Shown here piece by piece: positions 1 through 9,548 of a DNA stretch of 57,486 bases. The translations under genes and the position numbers were made by a program. The stretch lies in IMG/VR virus record IMGVR_UViG_3300042298_002341, positions 1 to 57,486 of that record, one strand, 5' to 3'. Under the pieces are notes generated by a model that ran no database searches, was not told where the DNA came from, and was given only the letters and a program-made list of their open reading frames with translations. Source of the DNA: a virus. Taxonomy: Duplodnaviria; Caudoviricetes. Each line of letters begins with the position of its first letter. Positions within the stretch are counted from its first letter, which is position 1.

Positions 1-27
1 ATGTCGGCTTGCTCTGCCGACGTAAAC

Positions 28-59
28 ATTGTACCACATGCCTGTTTTGCCCTAAATTC
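28..59 (-). promoter_or_regulatory. Putative leftward extended -10 sigma70 promoter
   Basis: Minus strand reads TGgTACAAT (28-36) with only a weak -35 (TTTAGG) 17 nt upstream. A hairpin gtcggc-N7-gccgac (3-21) follows. It points the same way as the early arm. Confidence 0.45.
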
Positions 60-176
60 CGTCCACGTTTGGACCCCACCCACCGGGGAGGGCCCCGTGT
101 GCTGCGTGGCGTGGCGGCGTGGCGCAGACAGTGTTTCGCACAACCGCTCCCCCGTTTTGTAAAATTTGCTACTATC

Positions 177-289
177 TTTTGTCAAAAGTCAAGCCGTCAG
201 CTTCACCAGCGCTTCATCGCCCCTCAAGCTCAATACACAACACCCCCACCCCCTATAAAAATTTCACCCCACGTTTTGTCCAAAGTCAA
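177..289. repeat. 16-bp direct repeat TTTTGTC(A/C)AAAGTCAA
   Basis: Copies at 177-192 and 274-289 with one mismatch, in the AT-richer non-coding DNA upstream of terS. Confidence 0.7.
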
Positions 290-435
290 ATGCCGGCTTT
301 TGGGCGTAAAAAAGCCCCCGAGCGCAGCGCGCATCGGGGGCAACCCACAGGAGAGGAGACAATCGGCGTTGCACCAACGCCCGTTCCAAGTGTACAGTAC
401 GGCGCTACAGCACGCAACAGCCTTGAGCGAGCCCC

Positions 436-1131
436 ATGTTTGAAAATCTCATGCGATTCGAGCCCGAGCCGGAGGTCATAGGCGACGCCCGCGACGTGGA
501 AAACGTCTCGACAACAGACCTTCTCGGCGCTCAACTGAGCACGGCACAATGGTTGGACGAGTTGGGGGTGCCATCTGACGTAGAAGTGGACGCAAAACGG
601 CAGACACAGGCGGCATGCGAAGCATTTGCAGCCCTTGCAGGGCTCGATTCTATCCCTGAACCGACCAAAAAGCTGACTAAAGCGGGCGAAAAGCAGGACG
701 AAGCGAACAAAAAGAGCAAAGTGCTGGCTGTGCGCACACCTATGGGTGTGCATCAGCTGCACTCCATGATCAATGAGTATCAGTGGGAGTTCGTAGAGCA
801 GGCAAAGGAGCTTCGTAGCTACACAGTGGCCAAGATTCTGGAGGAAACCACGCATCCCGACGCCAGAATTCGGCTCCGGGCGCTTCAGATGCTAGGCAAT
901 GTGACCGAAGTGGGCCTGTTCACGGAGCGGATCGAAGTCACCAAGAAGGACGCCACGGAAGCTGAGATCGAGGCGCGCCTGCGCGAGCGTCTGAGCCGCT
1001 ACGCCATCGACGTGACACCCACCATGATCGAGTCAGCACCCCCGGCGCTCACACACAGCCCAGCTGAGACAGCCCAAGTGGTCGATCTGGACGCCGAGAT
1101 CAGCGTCGTCGCGGAGCGCAGCAATGCTTGA
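436..1131 (+). CDS. Terminase small subunit (putative)
   Basis: 231 aa, directly upstream of and overlapping terL. Helical motif RLRALQMLG...VGLFTERIEV resembles small-terminase-like proteins. Confidence 0.6.
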   Translation: MFENLMRFEPEPEVIGDARDVENVSTTDLLGAQLSTAQWLDELGVPSDVEVDAKRQTQAACEAFAALAGLDSIPEPTKKLTKAGEKQDEANKKSKVLAVRTPMGVHQLHSMINEYQWEFVEQAKELRSYTVAKILEETTHPDARIRLRALQMLGNVTEVGLFTERIEVTKKDATEAEIEARLRERLSRYAIDVTPTMIESAPPALTHSPAETAQVVDLDAEISVVAERSNA

Positions 1132-2656
1132 GAGCCTGTCAGCGCAGGAAGTGCAGGCGCTGCTGGCCAATCTGGACAAGATGCCGCTTGCCGAGAAGCA
1201 GGCGGTGCTGGAGAGCCTCGACGAGCTTGAGCGCAAGCGCCGACTGCGCGAGTGCCGCGAAGACTTTCTGGCCTTCTGTCGGCACGTCTACACTGACTGG
1301 AAGGAAGGGCCCCACCACCGCTTCCTCAAGCCCATACTGCACAAGGTCCGAGACGGCTCTGAGCGCCGGCTGACCGTTTCCATGCCCCCGCGCTTTGGCA
1401 AGTCGGAAACCATTGCCTACCTGTTCGTGGCGTGGTATCTGGGGCACTTCCCACATCACCATGTGATGATGGTGACACACACGTCTGCCCTGTCGGCAGA
1501 CTTTGGCCGTAAGGTGCGAAACCTCATAGGCAAGCAGGAGTACAAGGAGATATTCCCAGACACTATCGTGTCGGCGGACAAGTCGGCAGCTGACAGCTGG
1601 ACGACAAGCAAAGACGGCAAGTACCTCGGGTTGGGTATCGGCGGCAACGTGGCGGGCCATGGCGCGCATCTGCTGATCGCAGACGACTTGGTCTCTGAGC
1701 AAGCCGTGCTGGCAAACCCTGACCACGCATTCGACGTGGCGTGGAACTACATGCAGGTGGGCCCCCTGCAGCGTTTGATGCCCGGAGGCCGCATCATCAT
1801 GATCGGCACGCGCTGGGGCAAGCGTGACCCTATCGGGCGCGCGCTACGGTGGGCCGACGACAACCCCGAGGCCGAGCCGTGGCATGAGGTGCGATTTCCT
1901 GCGGTGCTGCCGTCAGGGCGCTCGCTGTGGCCTGAGCAGTGGCCGGTGGAGCAGTTGCTGGCCAAGAAGGCCGGCATGCAGCCGCACTACTGGGCGGCGC
2001 AATACATGCAGGAGCCCACCTCCGAAGAGGGGGCGCTGCTCAAGCGCGAGAGTTGGCGCATCTGGCCCAAGGAAACGCCGCCACTTGTTGAATGGGTGCT
2101 CCAGACATGGGACACCGCGCACGACACCAAGAGCATGAACGACTACAGCGCCTGCACGACGTGGGGCGTGTGGTTCAACGAAGAGACGGGGCGGCAGGAA
2201 CTGATCCTGCTCGACGCGTGCCGGGGTCGGTGGGAGTTTCCCCAGCTGAAAGCCAAGGCGCTCGAAGCCTACAAGGACTGGTCGCCTGAGTGCGTGCTGA
2301 TCGAGAAGAAGGCGGCAGGCGCGCCCCTGATCCAAGAACTGCGGCAGATGGACATCGCCATCGAGGAGTTCAGCCCCTCGCGCGGCACGCGGCTGGTCTC
2401 CAACGACAAGCGGGCGCGTGTGCACGCTGTTGCGCCGATACTACACGATGGCATCGTCTGGGCACCTGACAGGCTGTGGGCGCACGAAGTGATCAATGAG
2501 TGTGCCGAGTTTCCCAACGGCGAGCACGACGACCGTGTAGACTGCGTCGTGATGGCACTCAATCGCTACCGAAACGGCGGCTTCATCGCACTGTCGGATG
2601 ACGCCAAGGACGAACCGAACTGGACGCGCCGCACGCGCCGGTCAGCTTACTACTGA
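1124..2656 (+). CDS. terL: Terminase large subunit
   Basis: Walker A MPPRFGKS, Walker B LLIADD, motif IGTRW, nuclease motifs WDTA..DYSA and FPNGEHDDRVD. Confidence 0.95.
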   Translation: MLESLSAQEVQALLANLDKMPLAEKQAVLESLDELERKRRLRECREDFLAFCRHVYTDWKEGPHHRFLKPILHKVRDGSERRLTVSMPPRFGKSETIAYLFVAWYLGHFPHHHVMMVTHTSALSADFGRKVRNLIGKQEYKEIFPDTIVSADKSAADSWTTSKDGKYLGLGIGGNVAGHGAHLLIADDLVSEQAVLANPDHAFDVAWNYMQVGPLQRLMPGGRIIMIGTRWGKRDPIGRALRWADDNPEAEPWHEVRFPAVLPSGRSLWPEQWPVEQLLAKKAGMQPHYWAAQYMQEPTSEEGALLKRESWRIWPKETPPLVEWVLQTWDTAHDTKSMNDYSACTTWGVWFNEETGRQELILLDACRGRWEFPQLKAKALEAYKDWSPECVLIEKKAAGAPLIQELRQMDIAIEEFSPSRGTRLVSNDKRARVHAVAPILHDGIVWAPDRLWAHEVINECAEFPNGEHDDRVDCVVMALNRYRNGGFIALSDDAKDEPNWTRRTRRSAYY

Positions 2657-2663
2657 GGACATC

Positions 2664-5123
2664 ATGGACAAGAGCCTGTACCAAGCCCCTGCCGGCATCG
2701 AAGCGCTGGCCGCAGACATTGCGCCCGAGGAGATTGAAATCGAGATCGTTGACCCGGAGGAGGTCAACATCCGCGCAGATGGCTTGGAGGTCACGATTGG
2801 CAAGGAGGACGAGGAAGGCGACATCCCGTTCAGCGCCAACTTGGTAGAGCACCTTGACCCGTCGTATGTGCAGTCGATGGTCAGCGAGTTGATGTCAGAG
2901 ATCGACAACGATCTGCAGGCGCGCAAGGACTGGGAGCGTACTTACATCGACGGCATCCAGCTGCTGGGGCTCAAGTACGAGGAGCGTACCGAGCCGTGGA
3001 CGGGCGCATGCGGCATCACGCACCCTGTCATCACCGAAGCGGTCGTGCGCTTTCAGTCGGAGACGATCACGGAGACGTTCCCTGCCGCCGGGCCGGTGAA
3101 GTCGAAGATTGTGGGCAAAGAGACGCCCGAGAAGAAGGACGCCGCTGCGCGCGTGACGGCGGAGATGAACTACCAGCTGACCGAGCGGATGCCCGAGTTC
3201 CGGCCCGACCACGAGAAGCTGCTGTGGAACCTGCCGGGGACGGGGTGCGGCTTCAAGAAGGTCTACTACGATCCCAGCTTTGGACGTCAGACATCGGTCT
3301 TCGTGCCGGCTGAGGACATCATCCTGCCCTACGGCGTCTCGGACGCCTATACGTCGCACCGCGTCACGCACCAGCTGCCCAAGACCAAGAACGACCTCGT
3401 CAAGCTGCAGAACAGCGGGTTCTACACCACGGTTGATGTGGGTGATCCCGACAGGATGTATAGCGAGATTCAGAAGGCCAAGGATGAGGAGACCGGGTTC
3501 AGGGACATGAACGACGGTCGGTTCATGTTGTACGAGTCGTGCGTTGAACTCGACATCCCCGGATTTGAAGACAAGGACGAGGATGGCGAGCCCACTGGCA
3601 TCGCGCTGCCGTATGTGGTGACGATCCTGCGTGGGTCGGACATCTGCCTGTCGATTCGGCGCAACTGGCGGCAAAACGACAAGCTCAAGCTGCGCCGGCA
3701 GCATTTCGTTCAGTACAACTACATCCCCGGCTACGGGCCCTACGGCTTCGGGCTGTTCCATCTCATTGGCAACTTCGCGCGCGGCTCCACGTCGATCCTG
3801 CGCCAACTGGTCGATGCCGGCACGCTGGCCAATCTGCCGGGGGGTCTGAAGAGCCGAGGGCTGCGCATCAAGGGTGACGACTCGCCCATCGCACCGGGGG
3901 AGTTCCGCGACGCCGACGTAGCCTCGGGCGTGCTGCGCGACAACATCCTGCCCCTGCCGTACAAGGAGCCCAGCGCCACCCTGTTCAACCTCCTCAACCA
4001 GATCGTGGAGGAGGCACGTCGCTTCGCGTCAACGGCCGACATGAAGGTGTCGGACATGTCGTCGCAGGCCCCGGTGGGCACCATGCTGGCCCTGCTGGAG
4101 CGCCAGCTGAAGGTCATGACGGCGGTGCAGTCGCGGGTGCACAACTCGCTCAAGCAAGAGCTTGGCCTGATCAAGGACATCATCCGGGACTACGCCTCGG
4201 AAGACTACGACTACGAGCCGGAGCCTGAGACCGACCGACCGCGCGCGCGAAGGCAGGACTTTGCCATGGTCGATGTCATCCCGGTCAGCGACCCCAACGC
4301 CTCCACGCTGGCGCAGCGCGTGGTGCAGTACCAGTCGGCCATTCAGCTGTCGCAGATGGCCCCGCAGATCTATGACCTCCCGCACCTTCACCGGGGCATG
4401 CTGGAGGTGCTGGGCATCAAGAACGCCGAGAAGCTCGTTCCTCTACCCGAGGACATGAAGCCTATCGATCCGGTCAGCGAGAACATGAACGTGCTCAAGG
4501 GCAAGCCCGCCAAGGCGTTCATCCACCAAGACCATGAGGCCCACCTGTCGGTGCACATGGCGATGCTCAACGACCCGCTGATGGCCCAGACGCTCGGCCA
4601 GAACCCGCAAGCACAGGTGATCGTCGGCGCGCTGCACGCCCACATCGCAGAACACCTTGGGTTCGCCTACCGCGTCAAGATCGAGGAGCGCCTTGGCATG
4701 CCCCTGCCGGAGCCGGGGGAGCCCGTGCCGCCGGAGGTGGACAAAGCGCTGTCGCCGATGCTCGCACAGGCTGCGCAGCAGGTGCTGCAGAACAGCATGG
4801 CCATCGCTGCCCAGCAGCAGGCTCAGCAGGCGGCGCAAGACCCGGTGCTGCAGCTGCAGATGCAGGAGTTGCAGCTTAAGGCGCAGGATCTCCAGATCAA
4901 AGCGCAGAAGATCGCCGCCGACGCAGCTGCCAAAGCGGACGAACTTGACCTTCGGCGTGAAGAAGTATCTGGCCGGCTGCAGTTGGAAGCGACCAAGCTC
5001 GGCGCTCAGATTCAGGACAACCGCACCAAGCTTGCTGCAGAACAAGAGCGAGAGGGTGTTAAGATGGGCATCGACATTGCGAAGTCCAAACAACAGTCTG
5101 ACTCCAAAGGCCAGAAGAAATGA
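2664..5123 (+). CDS. Portal protein (large podovirus-type, coiled-coil C-terminus)
   Basis: Follows terL; ATG 2664 after a GAGG RBS; GFKKVYYD motif; Q/A-rich C-terminal barrel-like helix. Confidence 0.85.
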   Translation: MDKSLYQAPAGIEALAADIAPEEIEIEIVDPEEVNIRADGLEVTIGKEDEEGDIPFSANLVEHLDPSYVQSMVSELMSEIDNDLQARKDWERTYIDGIQLLGLKYEERTEPWTGACGITHPVITEAVVRFQSETITETFPAAGPVKSKIVGKETPEKKDAAARVTAEMNYQLTERMPEFRPDHEKLLWNLPGTGCGFKKVYYDPSFGRQTSVFVPAEDIILPYGVSDAYTSHRVTHQLPKTKNDLVKLQNSGFYTTVDVGDPDRMYSEIQKAKDEETGFRDMNDGRFMLYESCVELDIPGFEDKDEDGEPTGIALPYVVTILRGSDICLSIRRNWRQNDKLKLRRQHFVQYNYIPGYGPYGFGLFHLIGNFARGSTSILRQLVDAGTLANLPGGLKSRGLRIKGDDSPIAPGEFRDADVASGVLRDNILPLPYKEPSATLFNLLNQIVEEARRFASTADMKVSDMSSQAPVGTMLALLERQLKVMTAVQSRVHNSLKQELGLIKDIIRDYASEDYDYEPEPETDRPRARRQDFAMVDVIPVSDPNASTLAQRVVQYQSAIQLSQMAPQIYDLPHLHRGMLEVLGIKNAEKLVPLPEDMKPIDPVSENMNVLKGKPAKAFIHQDHEAHLSVHMAMLNDPLMAQTLGQNPQAQVIVGALHAHIAEHLGFAYRVKIEERLGMPLPEPGEPVPPEVDKALSPMLAQAAQQVLQNSMAIAAQQQAQQAAQDPVLQLQMQELQLKAQDLQIKAQKIAADAAAKADELDLRREEVSGRLQLEATKLGAQIQDNRTKLAAEQEREGVKMGIDIAKSKQQSDSKGQKK

Positions 5124-5317
5124 ACGATTCGTTTGTAGAAGCGCTTAGGAAGCTCATCCGTGCGGACATGAACAACTACGCGGACGACCTTGCAACAGGC
5201 ACTTGCAGGTCGTTCGAGGATTACAAACACCTTTGCGGCGTCATTCAGGGACTGGCGTACGCGGAGGCCCACCTGCTGTCCCTGCAAGAAAAGGCTCGCC
5301 GTTCCGATGATGACTGA
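5120..5317 (+). CDS. Small hypothetical head-module protein
   Basis: 65 aa, ATGA overlap with the portal gene, motif SFEDYKHLCGVIQGL. Confidence 0.75.
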   Translation: MNDSFVEALRKLIRADMNNYADDLATGTCRSFEDYKHLCGVIQGLAYAEAHLLSLQEKARRSDDD

Positions 5318-5741
5318 ACAACTCACCCTACCCGGCATCGACGTGCCGGAACCTATCCAGCCGTTCGATACACCGCCGGAAGGCGCATCCGACGAGGACA
5401 AGGGCAAGCAGCTGCCCAAGCCAACGGGTTGGAAACTGCTATGCATGGTTCCTGACGTGGCAGACACGTTCGAGAACTCGCGCATAGTCAAAGCCGACAG
5501 CTTCATGAAGATGGAGGAGCACGCCACTACGGTGTTGTTCGTCGTCGAAGTGGGGCCGGAAGCGTACAAGGACACCACCAAGTTCCCGTCGGGGCCGTGG
5601 TGCAAGAAGGGTGACTTCGTACTGGTGCGTACCTACTCGGGTACGCGGTTCAAGATATACGGCAAGGAGTTCCGTCTCTTGAACGATGACCAGATCGACG
5701 CAGTTGTCGAAGATCCGCGTGGCATCACACGCGCAGCTTAA
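5307..5741 (+). CDS. GroES/Cpn10-like co-chaperonin
   Basis: PTGWKLL, VVEVGPEAY, CKKGDFVL, YSGTRFKIYGKEFRLLNDDQIDAVV align with Cpn10 strands. Confidence 0.8.
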   Translation: MMTEQLTLPGIDVPEPIQPFDTPPEGASDEDKGKQLPKPTGWKLLCMVPDVADTFENSRIVKADSFMKMEEHATTVLFVVEVGPEAYKDTTKFPSGPWCKKGDFVLVRTYSGTRFKIYGKEFRLLNDDQIDAVVEDPRGITRAA

Positions 5742-5750
5742 GGAGCTAAC

Positions 5751-6686
5751 ATGGCAGAGCCGCAAACCAATGAAGAGACCATCGAGAGCACCGTAGGTGC
5801 GCCTACGGACGAGTTCGAGATCGAGGTCGTTGACGATACGCCGGAGCAGGACAGGGGGCGCAAGCCGCTGGAGAAGCCGGTCGAAGAGCCCACGGACGAC
5901 GAGCTTGCCTCGTATTCCGAAGGGGTGAAGAAGCGCATCAAGGAACTCACCCACGCCCGTCATGACGAGCGGCGGGCCAAAGAGTCCCTCGCGCGGGAGA
6001 AGCAGGAGCTTGAGCGACTGGCTGCGGCCATGATCGACGAGAACAAGCGCCTGCGGCAGCAGAACGCTGCGGGTGCACAGCAGCTGGCGACGACTGCGCT
6101 TAGTGCGGCAGACGCCGAGGTCGAAGCGGCAAGGCGCAAGCTCAAGGAAGCACACGACTCGTTCGACACGGACGCTATCGTGGCGGCGCAAGAAGCTCTT
6201 GCCGACGCCAAGATCAAACAGCAGCAGATGCGCAGTTTCCGTCCTGCCCCTTTACAGGAGACGCAGGATGTGGTACAAAATCAACCAGCTGAGGCACCCA
6301 AGCCCGCGCTCGATGAGCGCACCCTGCGCTGGCAGGCAAAAAACCAGTGGTTTGGTGCTGAAGGAAACGAGGAGATGACCTTGTACGCGCTGGGGCTGCA
6401 TCAGCGCCTCGTACGCGAAGGTGTCGATCCTCGCACTGAGAACTACTTCGAGCAAGTTGACGCTCGCCTTCGCAAGACGTTTCCCGATTTCTTCGGCACG
6501 TCTGCCACCCCCAACGCTGATAGAGCCGAATCGCGGCCAGCGCCAGTCGTCGCACCGAGTACCCGCATGTCGGGTGCCAAGAAAGTACAGCTTACGCCTA
6601 CGCAGCTTGCGCTGGCTAAGAAGTACGGACTCACCCCTCAGCAGTACGCGGCCGAAGTGATCAAACTGGAGCGAAACAATGGCTGA
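5751..6686 (+). CDS. Head scaffolding protein (putative)
   Basis: Acidic N-terminus, long coiled coil, C-terminal LTPTQLALAKKYGLTPQQYA helix pair; lies between portal and capsid; AAGGAG RBS. Confidence 0.7.
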   Translation: MAEPQTNEETIESTVGAPTDEFEIEVVDDTPEQDRGRKPLEKPVEEPTDDELASYSEGVKKRIKELTHARHDERRAKESLAREKQELERLAAAMIDENKRLRQQNAAGAQQLATTALSAADAEVEAARRKLKEAHDSFDTDAIVAAQEALADAKIKQQQMRSFRPAPLQETQDVVQNQPAEAPKPALDERTLRWQAKNQWFGAEGNEEMTLYALGLHQRLVREGVDPRTENYFEQVDARLRKTFPDFFGTSATPNADRAESRPAPVVAPSTRMSGAKKVQLTPTQLALAKKYGLTPQQYAAEVIKLERNNG

Positions 6687-7119
6687 TCAGCGAACCCCTC
6701 GGGAACTTGTGTCCCGCGAGAAGACCCAACGGGTCGATTACAAACCCCCGAGCACGCTGCCTGATCCGACCCCTGTGGCCGGCTGGGCGTTCCGGTGGGT
6801 TGCCACACACATCCTTGGTACGGCGGACCCCCGCAACACCTCGCAGAAGTTCCGTGAGGGCTGGGTGCCGGTCAAGGCGGAAGATCACCCCGAGATTGCT
6901 GTCCCCGGCGCAGTCAATGCCAGCGGCAACATCGAGATCGGTGGTCTGGTTCTCTGCAAGATCGCTACGGAGGTCGCCCGAGCGCGTGATGAGTACTACG
7001 CTCGTCAGGCAAACGCTCAGATGGACTCTGTGGAGAACACCTTCATGCGCGAGAACGATGCCCGCATGCCGCTGTTTTCGCAGCGCAAGTCGGAAGTGTC
7101 GTTCGGACGTGGGTCTTAA
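6679..7119 (+). CDS. Hypothetical head-module protein
   Basis: 146 aa, overlaps the scaffold gene, motifs FRWV...REGWVPV...GGLVLCKI. Confidence 0.75.
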   Translation: MADQRTPRELVSREKTQRVDYKPPSTLPDPTPVAGWAFRWVATHILGTADPRNTSQKFREGWVPVKAEDHPEIAVPGAVNASGNIEIGGLVLCKIATEVARARDEYYARQANAQMDSVENTFMRENDARMPLFSQRKSEVSFGRGS

Positions 7120-7134
7120 CATCAGGAGTTACAA

Positions 7135-7989
7135 ATGGCTTACCCCTTTGTGGACGGCCCGTACGGGCTAAAGCCTGTCAATCTGATTGGCGGCCAAGTG
7201 TTTGCCGGTGGGATTCGACAGTACCCCATTCAATACAGCTACGGCACTGACATCTTCTATGGCGATTTCGTCAAAGTGTCGGCGTCGGCCCCCGGTGGCA
7301 TGCTGCAGCGTGTGTCCATCTCCAACACCACGTCGTCCAACGCGGTGACGGGCGTGTTCCTCGGCTGCTCGTACACCAATCCGCTCACCAAACAAAAGAC
7401 TTTCAGCCAGTATTGGCCGGCGTCTACGCTCGCGGGCGATGCGGTTGGGTACGTCTGCGATGACCCGGACACCGTCTTCAAGGCGGCTGTCTGCTCGGCT
7501 ACGACCGTGATGGCCTCGGGTGCCGTTGCTATGATCGGCAACAACCTGAGCATGATCAACAATACCGGCAACACCAACACCGGCAACTCGCGCAACGCGG
7601 TGCTTGCACCGACAGCTACTCCGGTGACCACGATTCTGCCGGTTCGCTGTGTCGGCGTGGTGGATGATACGGCCATCGTCTACTCGGCTAGCGGCTCGTC
7701 GTCCTCGACCACCATCACCCTGACGGGCACCGGCCTGCCGGCGGCGATCCCTGTTGGCACCAGCGTGGCCTATCTGGCGGCGAATGGCCAAGTCATCGAG
7801 ACCGGGTCTTTTGTCACCGCTGGCGCTTCTGCCGGTGCCACCAGCATCACGATCAATGCGCAGCCCAACGTCGCTGGATCGGGTACCAACATCCCGGCCT
7901 CGTCCACGATTATCTTCACCGTCTACCCTGAGATTCTGGTGAAGCTGAACGTGCTGACTCACGGCTACTACAGCAGCGTCACTGCGTAA
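7135..7989 (+). CDS. Capsid decoration/minor capsid protein (putative)
   Basis: 284 aa, beta-rich, PYGLKPV and GVFLGCSY motifs, directly upstream of the capsid gene, AGGAG RBS. Confidence 0.6.
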   Translation: MAYPFVDGPYGLKPVNLIGGQVFAGGIRQYPIQYSYGTDIFYGDFVKVSASAPGGMLQRVSISNTTSSNAVTGVFLGCSYTNPLTKQKTFSQYWPASTLAGDAVGYVCDDPDTVFKAAVCSATTVMASGAVAMIGNNLSMINNTGNTNTGNSRNAVLAPTATPVTTILPVRCVGVVDDTAIVYSASGSSSSTTITLTGTGLPAAIPVGTSVAYLAANGQVIETGSFVTAGASAGATSITINAQPNVAGSGTNIPASSTIIFTVYPEILVKLNVLTHGYYSSVTA

Positions 7990-7998
7990 GGAGTTATC

Positions 7999-8910
7999 AT
8001 GGCTATTACTCGTGCCCAGCTACTGAAGGAACTCCTTCCTGGCCTCAATGCCCTCTTCGGTCTGGAGTACAGCCGATACGGCGAAGAGCACAAGGAGATC
8101 TACGAGGTCGAAACCTCCGAGCGTTCGTTTGAAGAGGAGACCAAGCTCTCCGGCTTCAGCGCCGCTCCGGTGAAGACCGAGGGCTCCGCAATCCAGTACG
8201 ACAACGCGCAGGAAGCGTGGACCGCCCGGTACAACCACGAGACCATCGCGCTTGGTTTCTCGATCACCGAGGAAGCGGTGGAGGACAACCTCTACGACAG
8301 CCTCTCGGCTCGCTACACCAAGGCGCTGGCCCGTGCGATGGCCTACACCAAGCAGGTGAAGGCGGCGGCTACCCTGAACCAAGGCTTCTCGTCTGCCGTG
8401 ACCTACGGCGACGGCGTCAGCCTGTTCAGTTCCGCGCATCCGCTGGTGTCGGGAGGCACCAACAGCAACCGGCCGGCTACCGCCGCTGACCTGAATGAGA
8501 CCTCGCTTGAGGCCGCTGTCATTCAGATCGCTGCGTGGACCGACGAGCGTGGTCTGCTGATCGCTGCCAAGCCGAAGAAGCTCATCATCCCGCCGTCGCT
8601 GCAGTTCGTCGCGACCCGCCTGCTGGAGACTAATCTCCGTGTTGGCACGACCGACAACGACATCAACGCGCTGAAGAACAACGGCTCGATCCCCGGCGGC
8701 TACACGATCAACCACTGGCTGACCGACACCAACGCGTGGTTCCTCACCACCGACGTGCCCAACGGTCTGAAGCACTTCGTTCGTACCAAGCTGACCAACA
8801 GCATGGACGGCGACTTCGACACCGGCAACGTCCGCTACAAGGCGCGTGAACGCTACAGCTTCGGGGTCAGTGATCCTCTGGGCGTCTTCGGAAGCCCCGG
8901 TTCGTCCTAA
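7999..8910 (+). CDS. Major capsid protein
   Basis: 303 aa with strongly biased codons and AAGGAG RBS; motifs LLKELLPGLNALFG, PKKLIIPP, DFDTGNVRYKARERYSFG; followed by a terminator. Confidence 0.85.
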   Translation: MAITRAQLLKELLPGLNALFGLEYSRYGEEHKEIYEVETSERSFEEETKLSGFSAAPVKTEGSAIQYDNAQEAWTARYNHETIALGFSITEEAVEDNLYDSLSARYTKALARAMAYTKQVKAAATLNQGFSSAVTYGDGVSLFSSAHPLVSGGTNSNRPATAADLNETSLEAAVIQIAAWTDERGLLIAAKPKKLIIPPSLQFVATRLLETNLRVGTTDNDINALKNNGSIPGGYTINHWLTDTNAWFLTTDVPNGLKHFVRTKLTNSMDGDFDTGNVRYKARERYSFGVSDPLGVFGSPGSS

Positions 8911-8931
8911 AAACCGTCTAGCGCGGTTTCG

Positions 8932-8962
8932 GAAACGGCCCCCTTGCGGGGCCGTTTCTTTT
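8932..8962 (+). terminator. Intrinsic terminator after the capsid gene
   Basis: Stem GAAACGGCCCC, loop CTTGC, stem GGGGCCGTTTC, then TTTT. Confidence 0.85.
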
Positions 8963-8980
8963 GTGTTAGCCTCCTCCCAT

Positions 8981-9037
8981 CCGAGACCCATCACAGCCCG
9001 CCGACTGACTCGGCAGACCTCCCTCAAGGCGGCGGGC
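8981..9037 (+). ncRNA. Candidate H-type pseudoknot leader RNA
   Basis: CCGAG 8981-8985 pairs with CTCGG 9009-9013; GCCCGCCG 8996-9003 pairs with CGGCGGGC 9030-9037; the two helices are interleaved. Confidence 0.5.
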
Positions 9038-9055
9038 GCAGACTGAGGATAAGCC

Positions 9056-9535
9056 ATGGGCTTTTCGACCTTCTCCGGCCCGATCCGCGCAGGCACGGTG
9101 CGTGAAGGTGCGGCCGAAAATACTGGCCTCGTCATGCTGACGCAGGCGTATGACACCGGCAATCTGACCAACCCCACGCCTACCGGCAACTACGACGCGC
9201 TGCTGGGCTACCTGCCGGCCGGTGCGCAGATCATCAACATCCTCGTGGATCAGGTTGTTGCGGTGGCCGGCGGCGCGACCATGACCATCTCGGTCGGCTC
9301 GACCTCGGGCGGCGCTGAGCTTATGGCCGGCGTCTCTACGGGTGCTGGCGGGCGGTTCGTCGGGACGGCGACTGCGGCTACGCAGCTTGCGTGGCAGACC
9401 TCCACTTCGGCCGATACGCCGGTCTATGTGCGCAACGCCATCACGGTCGCGTCGGCTACGGCGGGGCGGGCCATCGTCACGGTCGTGTACGTCCAACGGG
9501 CCCCGGATGGATCGCGCAACCCGGTTAGCGCGTAA
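9056..9535 (+). CDS. Virion structural protein (putative)
   Basis: 159 aa, beta-rich, starts MGFSTFSGP, GAGG RBS. Confidence 0.7.
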   Translation: MGFSTFSGPIRAGTVREGAAENTGLVMLTQAYDTGNLTNPTPTGNYDALLGYLPAGAQIINILVDQVVAVAGGATMTISVGSTSGGAELMAGVSTGAGGRFVGTATAATQLAWQTSTSADTPVYVRNAITVASATAGRAIVTVVYVQRAPDGSRNPVSA

Positions 9536-9548
9536 GGGCTGACGTACC

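Noticed and set aside
85-92. KOPS-like octamer GGGGAGGG near the left end
   Set aside because: Tempting given the FtsK-gamma-like domain, but such octamers occur by chance in GC-rich DNA and I saw copies in both orientations (41903 plus, ~5326 minus).
9-481. ORFs in the left non-coding region
   Set aside because: No RBS, atypical composition, and overlap with repeats and promoter-like elements.
8020-9189. 389-aa ORF antisense to the capsid gene, and similar long antisense ORFs over the portal, helicase and polymerase
   Set aside because: Codon-bias shadows; this one also crosses a terminator and intergenic structure.
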